Assembly (NCBI RefSeq): GCF_902459465.1
Contig: NC_047066.1
Span: 17,794,001-17,858,000 of the forward strand
Direction of reading: 5' to 3'
DNA: 64,000 bases
From: Asterias rubens
Taxonomy: Eukaryota
Position numbers and translations under genes: made by a program. Below the pieces are notes generated by a model. That model saw only the letters and a program-made list of their open reading frames with translations, was not told the origin of the DNA and did no database searches. Positions 1 to 10,885 of the stretch are shown here, piece by piece. Positions within the stretch are counted from its first letter, which is position 1. Every line of letters begins with the position of its first letter.

Positions 1-539
1 TCATAAAACTTTTAAGGTCTGGTTACTTACTGTACAGTTCATTGAAAAACTGGGAAGTTTAATTTGCTCACAAATACATACTTTCACATACAAGTTGCAA
101 TAGTGAAAGTTTTCTTTGTGTTAAAAGTAAGCACTGTATTAAATTGTATTCTAAAATTAATTAATTTTCCATTTGGCATACCCATGCTCTATTACACGAC
201 ATATATTGTGCATGCGTGACAAAATTGTATTCCTGCCTGAGTCATAGTTGAATCTAGTTGTTTTTTGGACATCAATGATTACATATCATTGTGTTTCAAC
301 CTGTCACCATTATAGCAGTACACTTGAGTACATTGTCATTCAACTCACACCTGTCTCTAATTGGCACTAAATTTAAAAGTGGCCCAGATACTTCAGATTG
401 AAGAACATAATGCAGTCACATTACAGACTGGAGATCTACATTAAATTTGACTGAACTTGTTTTAATGTTTAATAACGTAAACAAACAAATGGTTGATAGC
501 TGCGCTTTAATACAATGTACATGCCGTATATCTTTTTAA

Positions 540-812
540 AAAAGGGTCGGGCAGCTTTTTAACAAAAACAAAAAAAAACAAAAAAAGACCCTCTTCCTTC
601 CTTTTTTTTTTTTATATGATTTTTTTTTCAATGTCTTGTCCAACATATGTATTGTGTGTTTTAACATTAGAAAAAACAATGGATATTGGAAATTTTAAAA
701 AGAATGGCGGCCAGTAAAAAAAGTTTTTAAAAATAAAAAATTATAAGCCCCTCCTCCTTCCTTTTTTTTTAGAAACCCGAACGCTAAACATGTTTTGTTT
801 TTTTATTCGGCC
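540..812 (-). mobile_element. Fragment of a TIR DNA transposon related to the 62090-64000 element
   Basis: Ends in ttttattcggccta (reverse complement taGGCCGAATAAAA), resembling the taaGGCCGAACAAAA terminus at 62090. Confidence 0.45.
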
Positions 813-3762
813 TACAGTAGTACTGATCCTTTTTTTGTAAACATGTCATGATGATCTGTGTACACAGCGTAAACAGACAAATTATATTTTATTTCAATGA
901 AATTCAGAAAGAAAAGCTTAGTTGAACCATGGAGGTAGAACCCTTCAACAAACAGGTAAAAAAAAAAAAAAACTACGGAATTAAACCCCAAGGAATATGT
1001 GCCATTGCTTTCACAGCGCAAATAAAGACAATTTCCTCAAGACATTTCCAGCATATTGTAAAAAAAAATGTCAATGACTTGAATCTGCCTAGTACCGGGC
1101 TATTCTTTAAATAAAAAAACCCTGTGTAGTCAGTAGACAAGAACAGCCGAACTGATGGTGGCTTGACGTCAATTCATTTACAACGTACAAATTCAGTCTC
1201 ATCATTTGTGCTATTTTTCCCACAGCAAATTTGACCAAAGTTATTGAACGCTTCAATTTGGTTCGGACGTGCACGGAAAATTTGACAAAAATTCGTCAAA
1301 TGTGATTAGAGATTTGAGACTCAATTGTGGTTGGGGCTACGCCTCAATTTATGGAGATAAAACACAAAGTTTGGTGTACTGAACAAAGTACAACACAGAA
1401 ACAAGAGTACATCCAGGATACAAGCAAGTCTTTTTAGAAAAGCGGAGATGAACAAAAGAAATAAGGTGACAACTGACAAGTGCTCAAAAATTCTGGCACT
1501 ATAGTGTAAACAAAAGATAGGGATGAATAGCTACCGTTTAATAGGAACTGATATTGTGAGTATTCTTTGCCACAACTTCTCACCCTTGATTTATCCTTAA
1601 TCAGCATGTATGCGTCGAGGTCAGAATTTGTCTCAGTTTTGAAAAACATGATGTTATACAAGCAGAACTTAGGTGTACTCCTGCTTTCGTTTTCAAAAAG
1701 AGTTTGATCTTTTTAAACACGGTCATCACTTGCATGTAAATGTATTTCAAGAGATGCATTGAAGTCAAACGTAAGGTTTATCAATGATGTTTAAGAAAAT
1801 CTACATTTAATTGTAAGATAATTGTTTATAGAGTGCTGGCACCAGCACGTTGGTTCAAAGCTCGCTCTTGTCAATTTTTCTTTTTTCAATCCAAAATTAT
1901 ATAAAATGTGCCAGACCAGAGTCAGTTTCCCTTGTGGTTTATTATTTGTGATGAGCATGGAGGTACGTGTAGTCTACCTCCACAATATGAGACTTATTTA
2001 TGTGCATGTTAAACAAATGATGTACATGTGTAATGGTACAGTATGTAATTCGTGTACATGGTAAACATTTTACATGATGGACAGTACATGTACACATACT
2101 GTACTTACTCAATTTACATCATTGACACTTAATAGAGCAGCAGTAATGAGTTAACGAGGCATCAGTAAATAAACTTAATAACTCAAGTTGCAATCACTAC
2201 AGTACAAGTGCACTGATTCCAGTCTAAGGTAAACATTTTGACACCTGTTACATTGACATGTATAAATGGCACACCCAGGTTACAAAGTAGGGCAAGCTCC
2301 TGTGTGTGGACCCATCTTACAGTAATATGCAACTGCAGAATGTTGGCACAATGCACACACAGGGTGTTTCCATGTACAGATCACACGCAGAGAATAAATT
2401 ATTCTGAAACACTGCAGGGAGTACGTGCATTATAAATACCCTTGCATGACCACTATACTGTCAAAAAGACTGCATTGCATTGGAACGAATTCATATGCAA
2501 ACAAAATACATCTCGTTACGATCAACATGACATATTTACTACTGTACTCAATGGTAGCTCCTTCAATACAAAATTTCAAAAATTTTTCTTTGAATTAAAC
2601 CATTTTCTGCTGTGCAGTTTTTTTCATTGAACAAAAAATATTTATGTTTATTACAATGTGAATGTCCTTTACTACATGCACATAGTTTTCAATCAATGGT
2701 TTTTAAATGCAGTACAAACTATACTGTGAATTATCTAACATTTTAGTCAACAAAACAACATGACTGAATGGAAAATACATGTTTTGTTCATTGTCTTCTC
2801 CATTACGTCAAGCCGTACTCTATGGTCTAGCAAACAAAACCTTTACATTATTTCTTACATAAAAATCTTTTTTTTTGAGCGGTCTCTTCCTGCTTTACAA
2901 ATGACAGTACGACACATAATCTGTACAGAATATGTGTAGAGCTTCCGCTAATGTTCGCGGATCACAGCCATGCAGCGTTATTAATTCCTACGGGTCTATT
3001 CAGTCCACAGACGTACTTGGCACATGCCGAACCTGTGACTCATACCACGTTGTCACACAGCTCCGACGCAGACATGCAGGCGGGGATGTTTATAAACATA
3101 TGTGACAGAATATTCCTGTATGGCCACTTATTTTTGCATGGTTTTATTTTGTACAGTTGTTTACTTTGGGGACATTGTGACAGGTTATTTGCGTAAGGCA
3201 CTCTTTGTGGCACATATTTTTTGTCTGGTTGGGTGAGAGCGTGTTGTTTTGTATTTTATTGGCGTGATTCGGCAATTATGAAATTCAACCTTGAAAAGGA
3301 ATTTTTCTTGCAGGTTTCATGTTGTTTGGCAATGAAATTCAGATTTTCAAAAAAAATTATCAAAACACAATTGGTACATCCACCTCACATTGTACTTTTT
3401 TATTACTACATGTATCTTTGTGTACTTTCAAACTCAATGTTTACATGTGAGCCCGGAATTTCTTTACTGACATACAAAACTACTTTCCAAGAGAAATGAG
3501 CTCTGGAAAAGTAGACTGGCTATGGCCTTGAGTTATCCCAGCACCAAGAACACAGCACAACTACATTCATAGGAAAAATGTCCATTATCCACCATTCCCT
3601 TCAAGGTCACTTGTAAGATTCAATGCATTGATTTGATAATCTTAGACTTACAAGTTTCCCTTCAACAACAAATCTTCTTGAGCAATGAGTTGTAAATGTC
3701 AAAGTATTGACCTTATTTACAAACAAAGTAAGTAATGTTAGGCCTATATAATTTGTTTTTAA

Positions 3763-3937
3763 CCTTACACCGATACGTGTAAAGCACCATATAGGTCCAA
3801 TCTGTACTTTCCAGAGTCCTATGAGAAGGCACTATATATTTCTTGGGCGAGAATGGAACCCAAGACCTTTGCCATTCTAGAGCAGATGTCCAACCAACTA
3901 GACCACAGAGATAGCCCGGTAGCTAGAGGCAGTTCAA
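3763..3937 (-). mobile_element. tRNA-derived SINE-like family B (other copies at about 28645-28800 +, 35790-35925 -, 43790-43990 -, 53700-53850 -)
   Basis: Shared CCTCTAGCTACCGGGC leader, A-box-like GGTCTAGTTGG, B-box GGTTCGAATCC, and a shared tail ...gggaaagtactgagt...catcggtgta. Confidence 0.75.
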
Positions 3938-4683
3938 AGGTAAAATTACTAAAGAGAAATAGTGACAGCCTAATACGTAAGTTTGCTGAGGGCCCACTGT
4001 GGCAACCGTGCGTGTACAGTACTGATACCATTACATGTATAATGGATTTAGAGCACCTTGGAGCATTACTCAATTAGCATTCCAACTTCCAGACAATAAA
4101 GTACAAGCACAGAGAACCAGCACCTCTTCTCATTATAACAATACAGAAAGATGCATTCTCATACAGTGTATGATGATACAAAATTGATTTATTGAAAACT
4201 GTTAATTGCTCAATGTACAAAACACTTGTGTGGTACTATGGAAAAAGTCGTAAATGCTGGTCATTCAATGAAAATTTGAGGAACTGCTCTCTTTGTATAA
4301 AGTAAATTTACAGGTCAACGTCTTACATTTTAGCGGACATGCACAAAGATGGTCAGATACAGAATACACATGCAGTCACTAATCCTGTGTGTTTAATGGT
4401 TACCTTTGTAAAATATGTAGCTGATTCTAAAATTTTCAGTTACACCCGTGTTAACTTTCAAAGTTTATGTTTATTTTTGTTTATGACCTTGACAGTGATC
4501 AAAACATTGCGTCTTCATCACAGCCTCCAGACTTGAGCTTAAATCACCTTGCAAATACCCCACAAAACAATCCAAGGAGAGAGAAATCCTCAACAATATA
4601 GAGTTGAGTTCTTTTTCTTCTTGACAACATTGTAAAATATTCTCTTGAATAATTCAGGGTATCATATTTTAACTATCTCTAAT

Positions 4684-5070
4684 TTAAAGGAACACGTTGC
4701 CTTGGATCAGTCGAGTTGGTCTTTGAAAAGCGTTTGTAACCGTTTGTTATAAAATGCATATGGTTAGAAAGATGATTTAAAAGTAGAATACAATGATCCA
4801 CACAAACACACCTCGAAATTGCACGGTTTTCCCTTTACCTCGTCGATGAACACGGTCGGCCATTTATGGGAGTCAAATGTTTGACTCCCATAAATGGCCG
4901 ACCGTGTTAGTTTGCAAAGTAAAAAGAAAACCACGCAATTTCGAGGCAAATTTGTGTGGATCATTGTATTCTACTTTTAAAACATCCTTCCAATATGCAA
5001 TTTATAACAAACGGTTATAAACGCTTGTTATAGACCAACTCGTCCGATCCAAGGCAATGTGTTCCTTTAA
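4684..5070. mobile_element. Fold-back non-autonomous DNA transposon, TTAA-flanked (Kolobok-type)
   Basis: TTAA|AGGAACACGTTGCCTTGGATC...GATCCAAGGCAATGTGTTCCT|TTAA; nearly the whole element is palindromic; second copy at 55473-55861. Confidence 0.9.
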
Positions 5071-5344
5071 TAAAATAAAGCCTTGACATTGTTGTGAATA
5101 AACAAACTAAATTTACAACTGCACTCCCACCCTCCATGCTGGTGATGGTTTTTGAGTGTCCAGCAACGACAACAATGCTTTACATGGCTTTTAGCTGGAG
5201 CACCAGTGATAGTACTTGTTATAATAACTTCTTTTTTTTGGTGGGGGGGGGGGGGGGGTACGGGGGAAGACACACATTTTTCCTGGGCATGCTCAGACAA
5301 GTCTAGTCTTAAGTCAAGGCTTTTGTAACTGTTTTTAAATTTTT

Positions 5345-5531
5345 TAATTGCAAAATATCAAGAGAGGGCGCTGTTCCATTGAGCATGCTGCAAGTAATGA
5401 AAGGGGCATCGGTAGCCCAGGCGCATGGCATGTCATGCGCATGTTGAGCATGACAACATACACCTCGGTCGTTGAATGCCCCCTCTGCCTACCCATGACG
5501 CATTGCGGTTCTGAATCGCAATAAACCTTAT
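5345..5531. mobile_element. MITE family with ATAAGGTTTATCGC-type TIR (copies at about 30730-30899 and 60056-60212)
   Basis: Shared gcaaaatatcaagagagggcgctgtt and cgcattgcg...gaat.gc.ataaaccttat; the 60056 copy has both TIRs. Confidence 0.75.
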
Positions 5532-5754
5532 TGTGTCGCTCGGCAGGAGGCAAATTGTATGTTGCGCTGTGTTCATTCTGATCGCATTGTGGTCTGCATT
5601 TCGCGGCACTTTTTAGTGAAGTTTTTTAAAAGATTAAATCCAAACCGTAAAATGTTCTTTGTAACTGGAACAGGTTTAGCAGTCACACACATGAAAAGAG
5701 GGTGACAAAAGTCTCAATATAGGTACCAACTCCTACATGAGAACTTTGGTAGGC

Positions 5755-6050
5755 TTAGTAATAATAATAATAATATGGATTTATAACACGCACGCCTACA
5801 CAAAATAAAAACATTATACAATAGAAAATCAAGAATAAACATAATTTAACTTATACCCAATGAAAGTCTGAGTGAACAAGTGTGTTTTTAGTTCCCTGTT
5901 GAAGTTGTTGAGAGATGTTGTTTTGCGAAGTGAGACAGGGAGCTTATTCCATAGGGCAGGAGCAGCTTTGGCGAAAGCACGGTCTCTGTAACGAATTGCT
6001 CTAGACCTTGGCTCTACCAGCAAGTGAGATCCAGCAGACCGTAGTCAAAC
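5755..6050 (-). mobile_element. L2/CR1-clade LINE 3' fragment (RT C-terminus, 3' UTR and TTA tail)
   Basis: Minus-strand translation LLVEPRSRAIRYRDRAFAKAAPALWNKLPVSLRKTTSLNNFNRELKTHLF is the typical L2/CR1 ORF2 end, followed by a (TTA)n tail. Confidence 0.85.
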
Positions 6051-6207
6051 GGGGTAGACCGTAAACAAATGGGATAGTATCAACCTTTGACAGTTAATAC
6101 ATTACAAGTGCCTTCCTGACCTCCATATCCCCTTAACCTTTAACAAGACCAAAAAATGACAACAGTCAAACAAATATGTCGGTCAAGAATACATCCAGCA
6201 TACTTAC

Positions 6208-6239
6208 AGTTCTTCTCTCTGTCTCTGTGACAACACCAT
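6208..6239 (-). CDS. PAFAH1B1: LIS1 / platelet-activating factor acetylhydrolase IB subunit beta, first coding exon (gene continues past window position 1)
   Basis: Minus strand reads caccATG GTG TTG TCA CAG AGA CAG AGA GAA GAA CT|gtaagt = MVLSQRQREEL. This matches the LIS1 N-terminus (human MVLSQRQRDEL, recalled), with a strong Kozak context and a phase-2 donor after 32 coding nt, as recalled for human exon 2. The next exon (NxAIADYL) was not found in 1-6207. Confidence 0.85.
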
Positions 6240-6445
6240 GGTGATGGCATGGAATGGAAACTCAGCAAATCCAGTTAATACTCGATGGATCTAATATCCA
6301 CTCAGCGTGTGTGAAGGAAGGCCACACGTGCCACACTATGAGCTTTCGTTGTGAGAAGCTCAATAAGTACAGTTTATAGTTCACTACAAAAAAGTCACCA
6401 ACAACTGGTTTTCATCAGCTCATCATGTTTGCTGTCTTCATGAAT
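6240..6445 (-). other. PAFAH1B1: LIS1 5' UTR part of the ATG-containing exon (exon 6445-6208)
   Basis: Acceptor ttcatgtag|attcatg at 6447-6446; exon closed by the gtaagt donor at 6207; contains three upstream ATG-led ORFs. Confidence 0.6.
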
Positions 6446-6685
6446 CTACATGAAATATCAAGAGAAAAAACACAAGCAAAGTTATAATTACACTGTAGTT
6501 CAATCATAATTAAGCAGGGCTACACTTAGTGGGTGCATGTAAATCTGTACTACAATTTTGTCATTTTCCTCTTCATTTAGATTTATTTCCCCATAAAGAA
6601 ACATTTTGTGTTAAAAGAACAGTTGGATCCCTTAAAAAAATAAACCAACAACTGAAACGTTTCAAGAATAATTTGTGTGCATCAT

Positions 6686-6965
6686 GGAAGTGTTGTGGCC
6701 GAGCGGTTAAGAGCACCGAATTCAAACTCTGGTGTTTCTGATCAGCAGAGGGTGGGTTTGAATCCCCTGCCGTGACGCTTGTGTCCTTAAACAAGACACA
6801 TAACCATTGCTTCGTCCTTCGGATGGGACGTAAAGCCGTTGGTCCCATGTGTTGTGTAAAAGCATGTAAAAGAACCCAGTTATCGAAAAGAAAAGGGGTT
6901 CGCCCCAGTGTTCCTGGCTGGATTGGCAGCATATTGCCCCACAGCACCTTGTATACCATTACATG
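6686..6965 (+). mobile_element. tRNA-derived SINE family A (other copies at about 13910-14040 -, 28465-28625 +, 36700-37095 -, 42215-42610 +, 53330-53430 -)
   Basis: GTGGCCGAGCGG A-box and GGTTCGAATCC-like B-box; core gacacttgtgtccttRagcaagRcacttaacc; longer copies end in an L2-like gcgccttgag...gcgctata tail. Confidence 0.85.
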
Positions 6966-7060
6966 GTGCTTAGATCTTATATCTCAAATTTCGCCCCACT
7001 CCTTGCAGTAATAATACCTGGCGCTTTGTATCCTTTGGCAAAAGGCGCTTTATAAATAAG

Positions 7061-7061
<1 letters not shown>

Positions 7062-7122
<61 letters not shown>
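7062..7122 (+). repeat. (TTA)n microsatellite, tail of an L2-like 3' end
   Basis: About 20 TTA units directly after gcgctttg...aaggcgctttataaataa. Confidence 0.95.
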
Positions 7123-8432
7123 CAGTGTTTGTAAGTTTGGATGTGCAACATGTAGTGTAGGCACACGTCACTTGGAGATTCATTTATAAACAATATATCA
7201 GCCCCAAATTGGACGCAAATTGTTGTCAAAACTTTGTCTTCAACTTTTAGCATGCTGAGAACTGACAGTGACAGACAACCAAATAAGTGAATAAATTTGT
7301 TTTGAATATGAGTGTTTGTGTACAAAGGTTTTCTTATAAAAATTTAATATCTATTTTAAGACGATTATTTACCCTGAATGCTATCAGCACGTTAAGTGTC
7401 AGGATTGGGTGGAAATCGTCCTTGCATTTTGCAATCCTCCAATCTTATAATTATTACATAAGACCGTTAGGAGGATTGAGGGTTCTGAGTTACATAAAGC
7501 AAATATAACACCTCTCTCCAAACATTTTAAAAATTTTTAGGAAAAACCACAATTGCTAATGTTTACTAATTAGTCACACCAAATCATTCGTTAACTTAGT
7601 TGCGATAACGTAACCCTCCCCCGACGGCTTCAGTCGGGAGGAGGGTCACATGTACGCTATCGCAACTTACGTAAGTCGTCAAACTGTGCTGTCACTTCTT
7701 TAAAAAAGGATTATATAAATGTGTTGTTATAGTTTTTAATCGACCAGTTTAGTTCAAGTGGTTTAGTTAGTGGAGTGAACTTTGAATCTCTCTTTTCAAT
7801 TATTGATTTTTTTTTTAACTTAACATTTTTAAATTAACATGTTTAATTTCAAATAAAACTTTGAACTGAGTAATTTTGTGTTGTTGAAAACAATCCTAAT
7901 ATTATGATAAATCCAACATTTGAAGACAATGACAAAACTAGATGATAAGGTATTTACTATTATATGATTATGATCAAACAGCAATAATATGAGCCAACAC
8001 CAAAAATGTCACTCAAGTCAGTGACACAACAAAACTTGTTTAGACTCTTCTTATTTCATAAATAATGGTTGGATTGAATATCATTGAAATGAAAAAAGCA
8101 GACACACCCTGTCTGAAAGTTCAAAATAAACCGACATAAATATTGTTTACTCCCAAATCACTCATAACATTAAACAGTGTCAGTAATATTGAGTTCAATA
8201 ATACTCATTGTGTTTCAATGGACTCTTAATTATTCATGAAAACCACGATCTAAAATGACAATTTTGGAAATGGAGTCGCCCAATATGGCGAAGAACGTTG
8301 AAACTGACTGCCGCATATCTTATGTGCACAAACCGAATACAAATTTAACTGACGTGCCAAATGACCAAAAGGAATCGCTTAAATGTCTCGTGTTAATTCA
8401 ATAAAACCATGAAAATATCTCATCCTACCTAC

Positions 8433-8849
8433 CGACTAATGTTTACTTGTTCATGTTCACAGTCGTTCACAATCAAACTCAATCTCGGCACCGAGACATA
8501 AACAGACAAAATCCAAGTTTTCCTGTTCTTCCAACACGTTGAAATTTCAGCCAGGATGCACGCTCGCGCATGCGCTAACTTTGCTATGTGGAGTACATTT
8601 CCCAAGATGCAACGTAATTTCAAACCCGGAAGTTGTCATTTCGTTCGTCAGAATAAATAGACGGGTAACATTTTGTCCCCTTTTGTTTTGGCAATGCGGT
8701 TACGTCTAGGTGTAGTTTCCAAACCCACGTGTTGGTTGTTTACGAGTGTAAACCCGCGCGGCGGAGAGCTGTCCGATCGAGTCAAACTCAGAGCACAACG
8801 ATTATAAAACGTTTTTGATAAGACTTCAGATAAAAAGTAGAAACTACAG
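8433..8849. promoter_or_regulatory. Putative bidirectional promoter and non-coding first exons of LIS1 (-) and METTL16 (+)
   Basis: Minus-strand donor tcg|gtaggt at 8432 and plus-strand donor ctacag|gtaata at 8850. Between them is a CpG-richer stretch with GCGCATGCGC (NRF1-like, about 8566-8575), CCGGAAGT (ETS-like, about 8627) and CACGTG (about 8727). TSS positions are inferred. Confidence 0.55.
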
Positions 8850-9381
8850 GTAATATTTGTCAGCGAATGTAGATCATATTATATTTAACCAAAAATAAAT
8901 AATCGAACACGAATCCAGCACTCGACTCGAGCAGCAGAATAACTTTTGGAATGCTGAGTGACTGAACAGCTAGCTGAGTGAGTGTGAAATAATTAACCGT
9001 ATAAACTGTATTTATTCAAAATGTGTAATTGACATGCGGTCATACGAACTTTCTTGATCTTGATCTTGATATTTTACTGCACAAATCGCCTCAGATACGG
9101 CTGTTGACGTGCACATGCATCGCTAAATTTGGCATTTTTCTAGCATTATCTTTAACGCTGGGGTATCTTTACAAAGCACTACATGATACATCGAATGTCA
9201 GACAACTCGTCCGTCGGACAACTAGTCTGTTCGGACAACTCGACGGTTCAGACAACTCGACAGTTCGGACAATTCGGAAGCGGTTATGGTCATATAAGCT
9301 AGCATAACTACTAATTATTTTAACTAAATTCAAACCAGTTTTTATGGTGTTAATACTACTCTTCGGGTGGTATTTGCTGTT

Positions 9382-9640
9382 GGTGCCGAGTTTGGTTAAG
9401 TGGACCAACATAGGCCGGTGCCGAGTTTGTTTGGTGCCGAGTTTGGTTTGGTGGACCAAAATAGGCCGGTGCCGAGTTTGTTTGGTGCCGAGTTTGTTGG
9501 ACCAAAACAGGCCGGTGCCGAGTTTGTTTGGTGCCGAATTTCTTAGTGCCGAGTGGGTGCGAATTTGCGAGGTGCCGAGTTTGCAAAGTGCCGAGTTTGC
9601 TGGTGCCGAGTTTGCAAGGTGCCGAAGTGTCCGGTACCCG
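9382..9640. repeat. GGTGCCGAGTTT tandem array with higher-order dimer structure
   Basis: 12 copies of the core motif; the first six form three approximately 50-bp dimers. Confidence 0.9.
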
Positions 9641-10395
9641 CCAGTGGATACTTTTGAAGTTCTGTACTTTCTTTGGTTGGTGGCATCGGCTATCTATCTG
9701 ATCTCTATCATGTAGACGAACATGCGTAATGGCTTTTTTTTCTTCTTACATTTTGTTAGTCTGGCTCTTCATTCATACTTCGACTGCAGATTTCAAACAT
9801 AATAGATTGCCCTTATAACATTCTAAATTAATCTGATCATCATCATTGCTCGATTGAAATGAAACTTGCGTCTGCGTTGGGCACGATGGCGATTGCGCCA
9901 CATGTCCCACCATTCTACCATCAGCATCTTGAGGTCATCAGCAGGTGTAGCACCACTGAACTAAACAAAACTAGTGATAGTTTACCCCTGGATTTACCTG
10001 GATGTAGAGACTTAAAGGGAAGGTACTAGTGGGAAGGATCGTGATTGACTCTACGTGAAGGAAAATTTTCGTAATCTTTGAACAAGTTACGTCAGAAATG
10101 TCATTGTTTTAACTCTTCACGGAGGTGAGCATAGTTAAATACTTAATTTATGCTGTTTTATGTTGTCTTAATAGAAGTTTCATAAGGATTCAGACAAAAC
10201 ATTCCTATCAGTTGTCGCCCGACGTCCGCGGATATTCGGACATTAAAAGAATATCCAGTTACTTGGTTGTAATTACAGAACTATCCGGTTAATAAATAGG
10301 TCTTTGCGCCCTATGCGGATATCCGGTTAAGAAAAAAAAAACCTTCGCGGTTACGGATAGGAAAACCTATTCGCCATTAACCGGATATTCGAATA

Positions 10396-10778
10396 ATTCG
10401 CCCAGGCCTACTTGTTTGGTAATTACTCAAAACAAATGTTAACTTAAAAACTGACTTGGTAACAAGCATTGGAGAGCTGTTGATAGTATAAAACATTGTG
10501 AGAAATGGCTCCCTCTGAAGAAGCATAGATTTGGAGAAAGAGGTAATTTATCGCTAAAATAATAAAAGACTTCTAGCTAGAAGTCTTTTATTCCTATCTG
10601 AAAGCACACAAATTCGTCCAACTAGGGTGTTTTTTCTCTTAGTCTAATCATTTGCTCGCAACTTCGATGACCAATTGAGCTCAAATTTTTGCAGGCTTGT
10701 TTTTTTATGCTCAGGTTGGCATACACCAAGCGAGAAGACTGGTCTTTGACAATTACCAAATGTGTACCTTCCCTTTAA
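10396..10778. mobile_element. TTAA-flanked MITE, AGGGAAGGTACAC subfamily (second copy at 34038-34370)
   Basis: Ends gtgtaccttccct|TTAA; body shared with the AGGCACTGGACAC family. Confidence 0.8.
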
Positions 10779-10885
10779 AGCTTACGCTTATTTGCCCCTC
10801 TTGACTGGAAAACTGTAACAATAACATTGGTAATAATACTTGTTTGTTTCCCGTTTTTTACCAACAGATACGTGCAGTTGTCATC

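Noticed and set aside
1-6207. Further LIS1 coding exons or another gene in this stretch
   Set aside because: No NxAIADYL or WD40 exon found by eye; the short ORFs are repeat-derived or low-information, so it is read as LIS1 intron 2
6970-7183. Poly-Ile / poly-Asn / poly-Leu ORFs (also 22298-22628)
   Set aside because: Translations of (TTA)n microsatellites
9382-9640. CRISPR-like appearance of repeat-spacer pattern (also 60403-60650)
   Set aside because: Spacers are repeated rather than unique, units are too short, there are no cas genes, and the context is a eukaryotic intron
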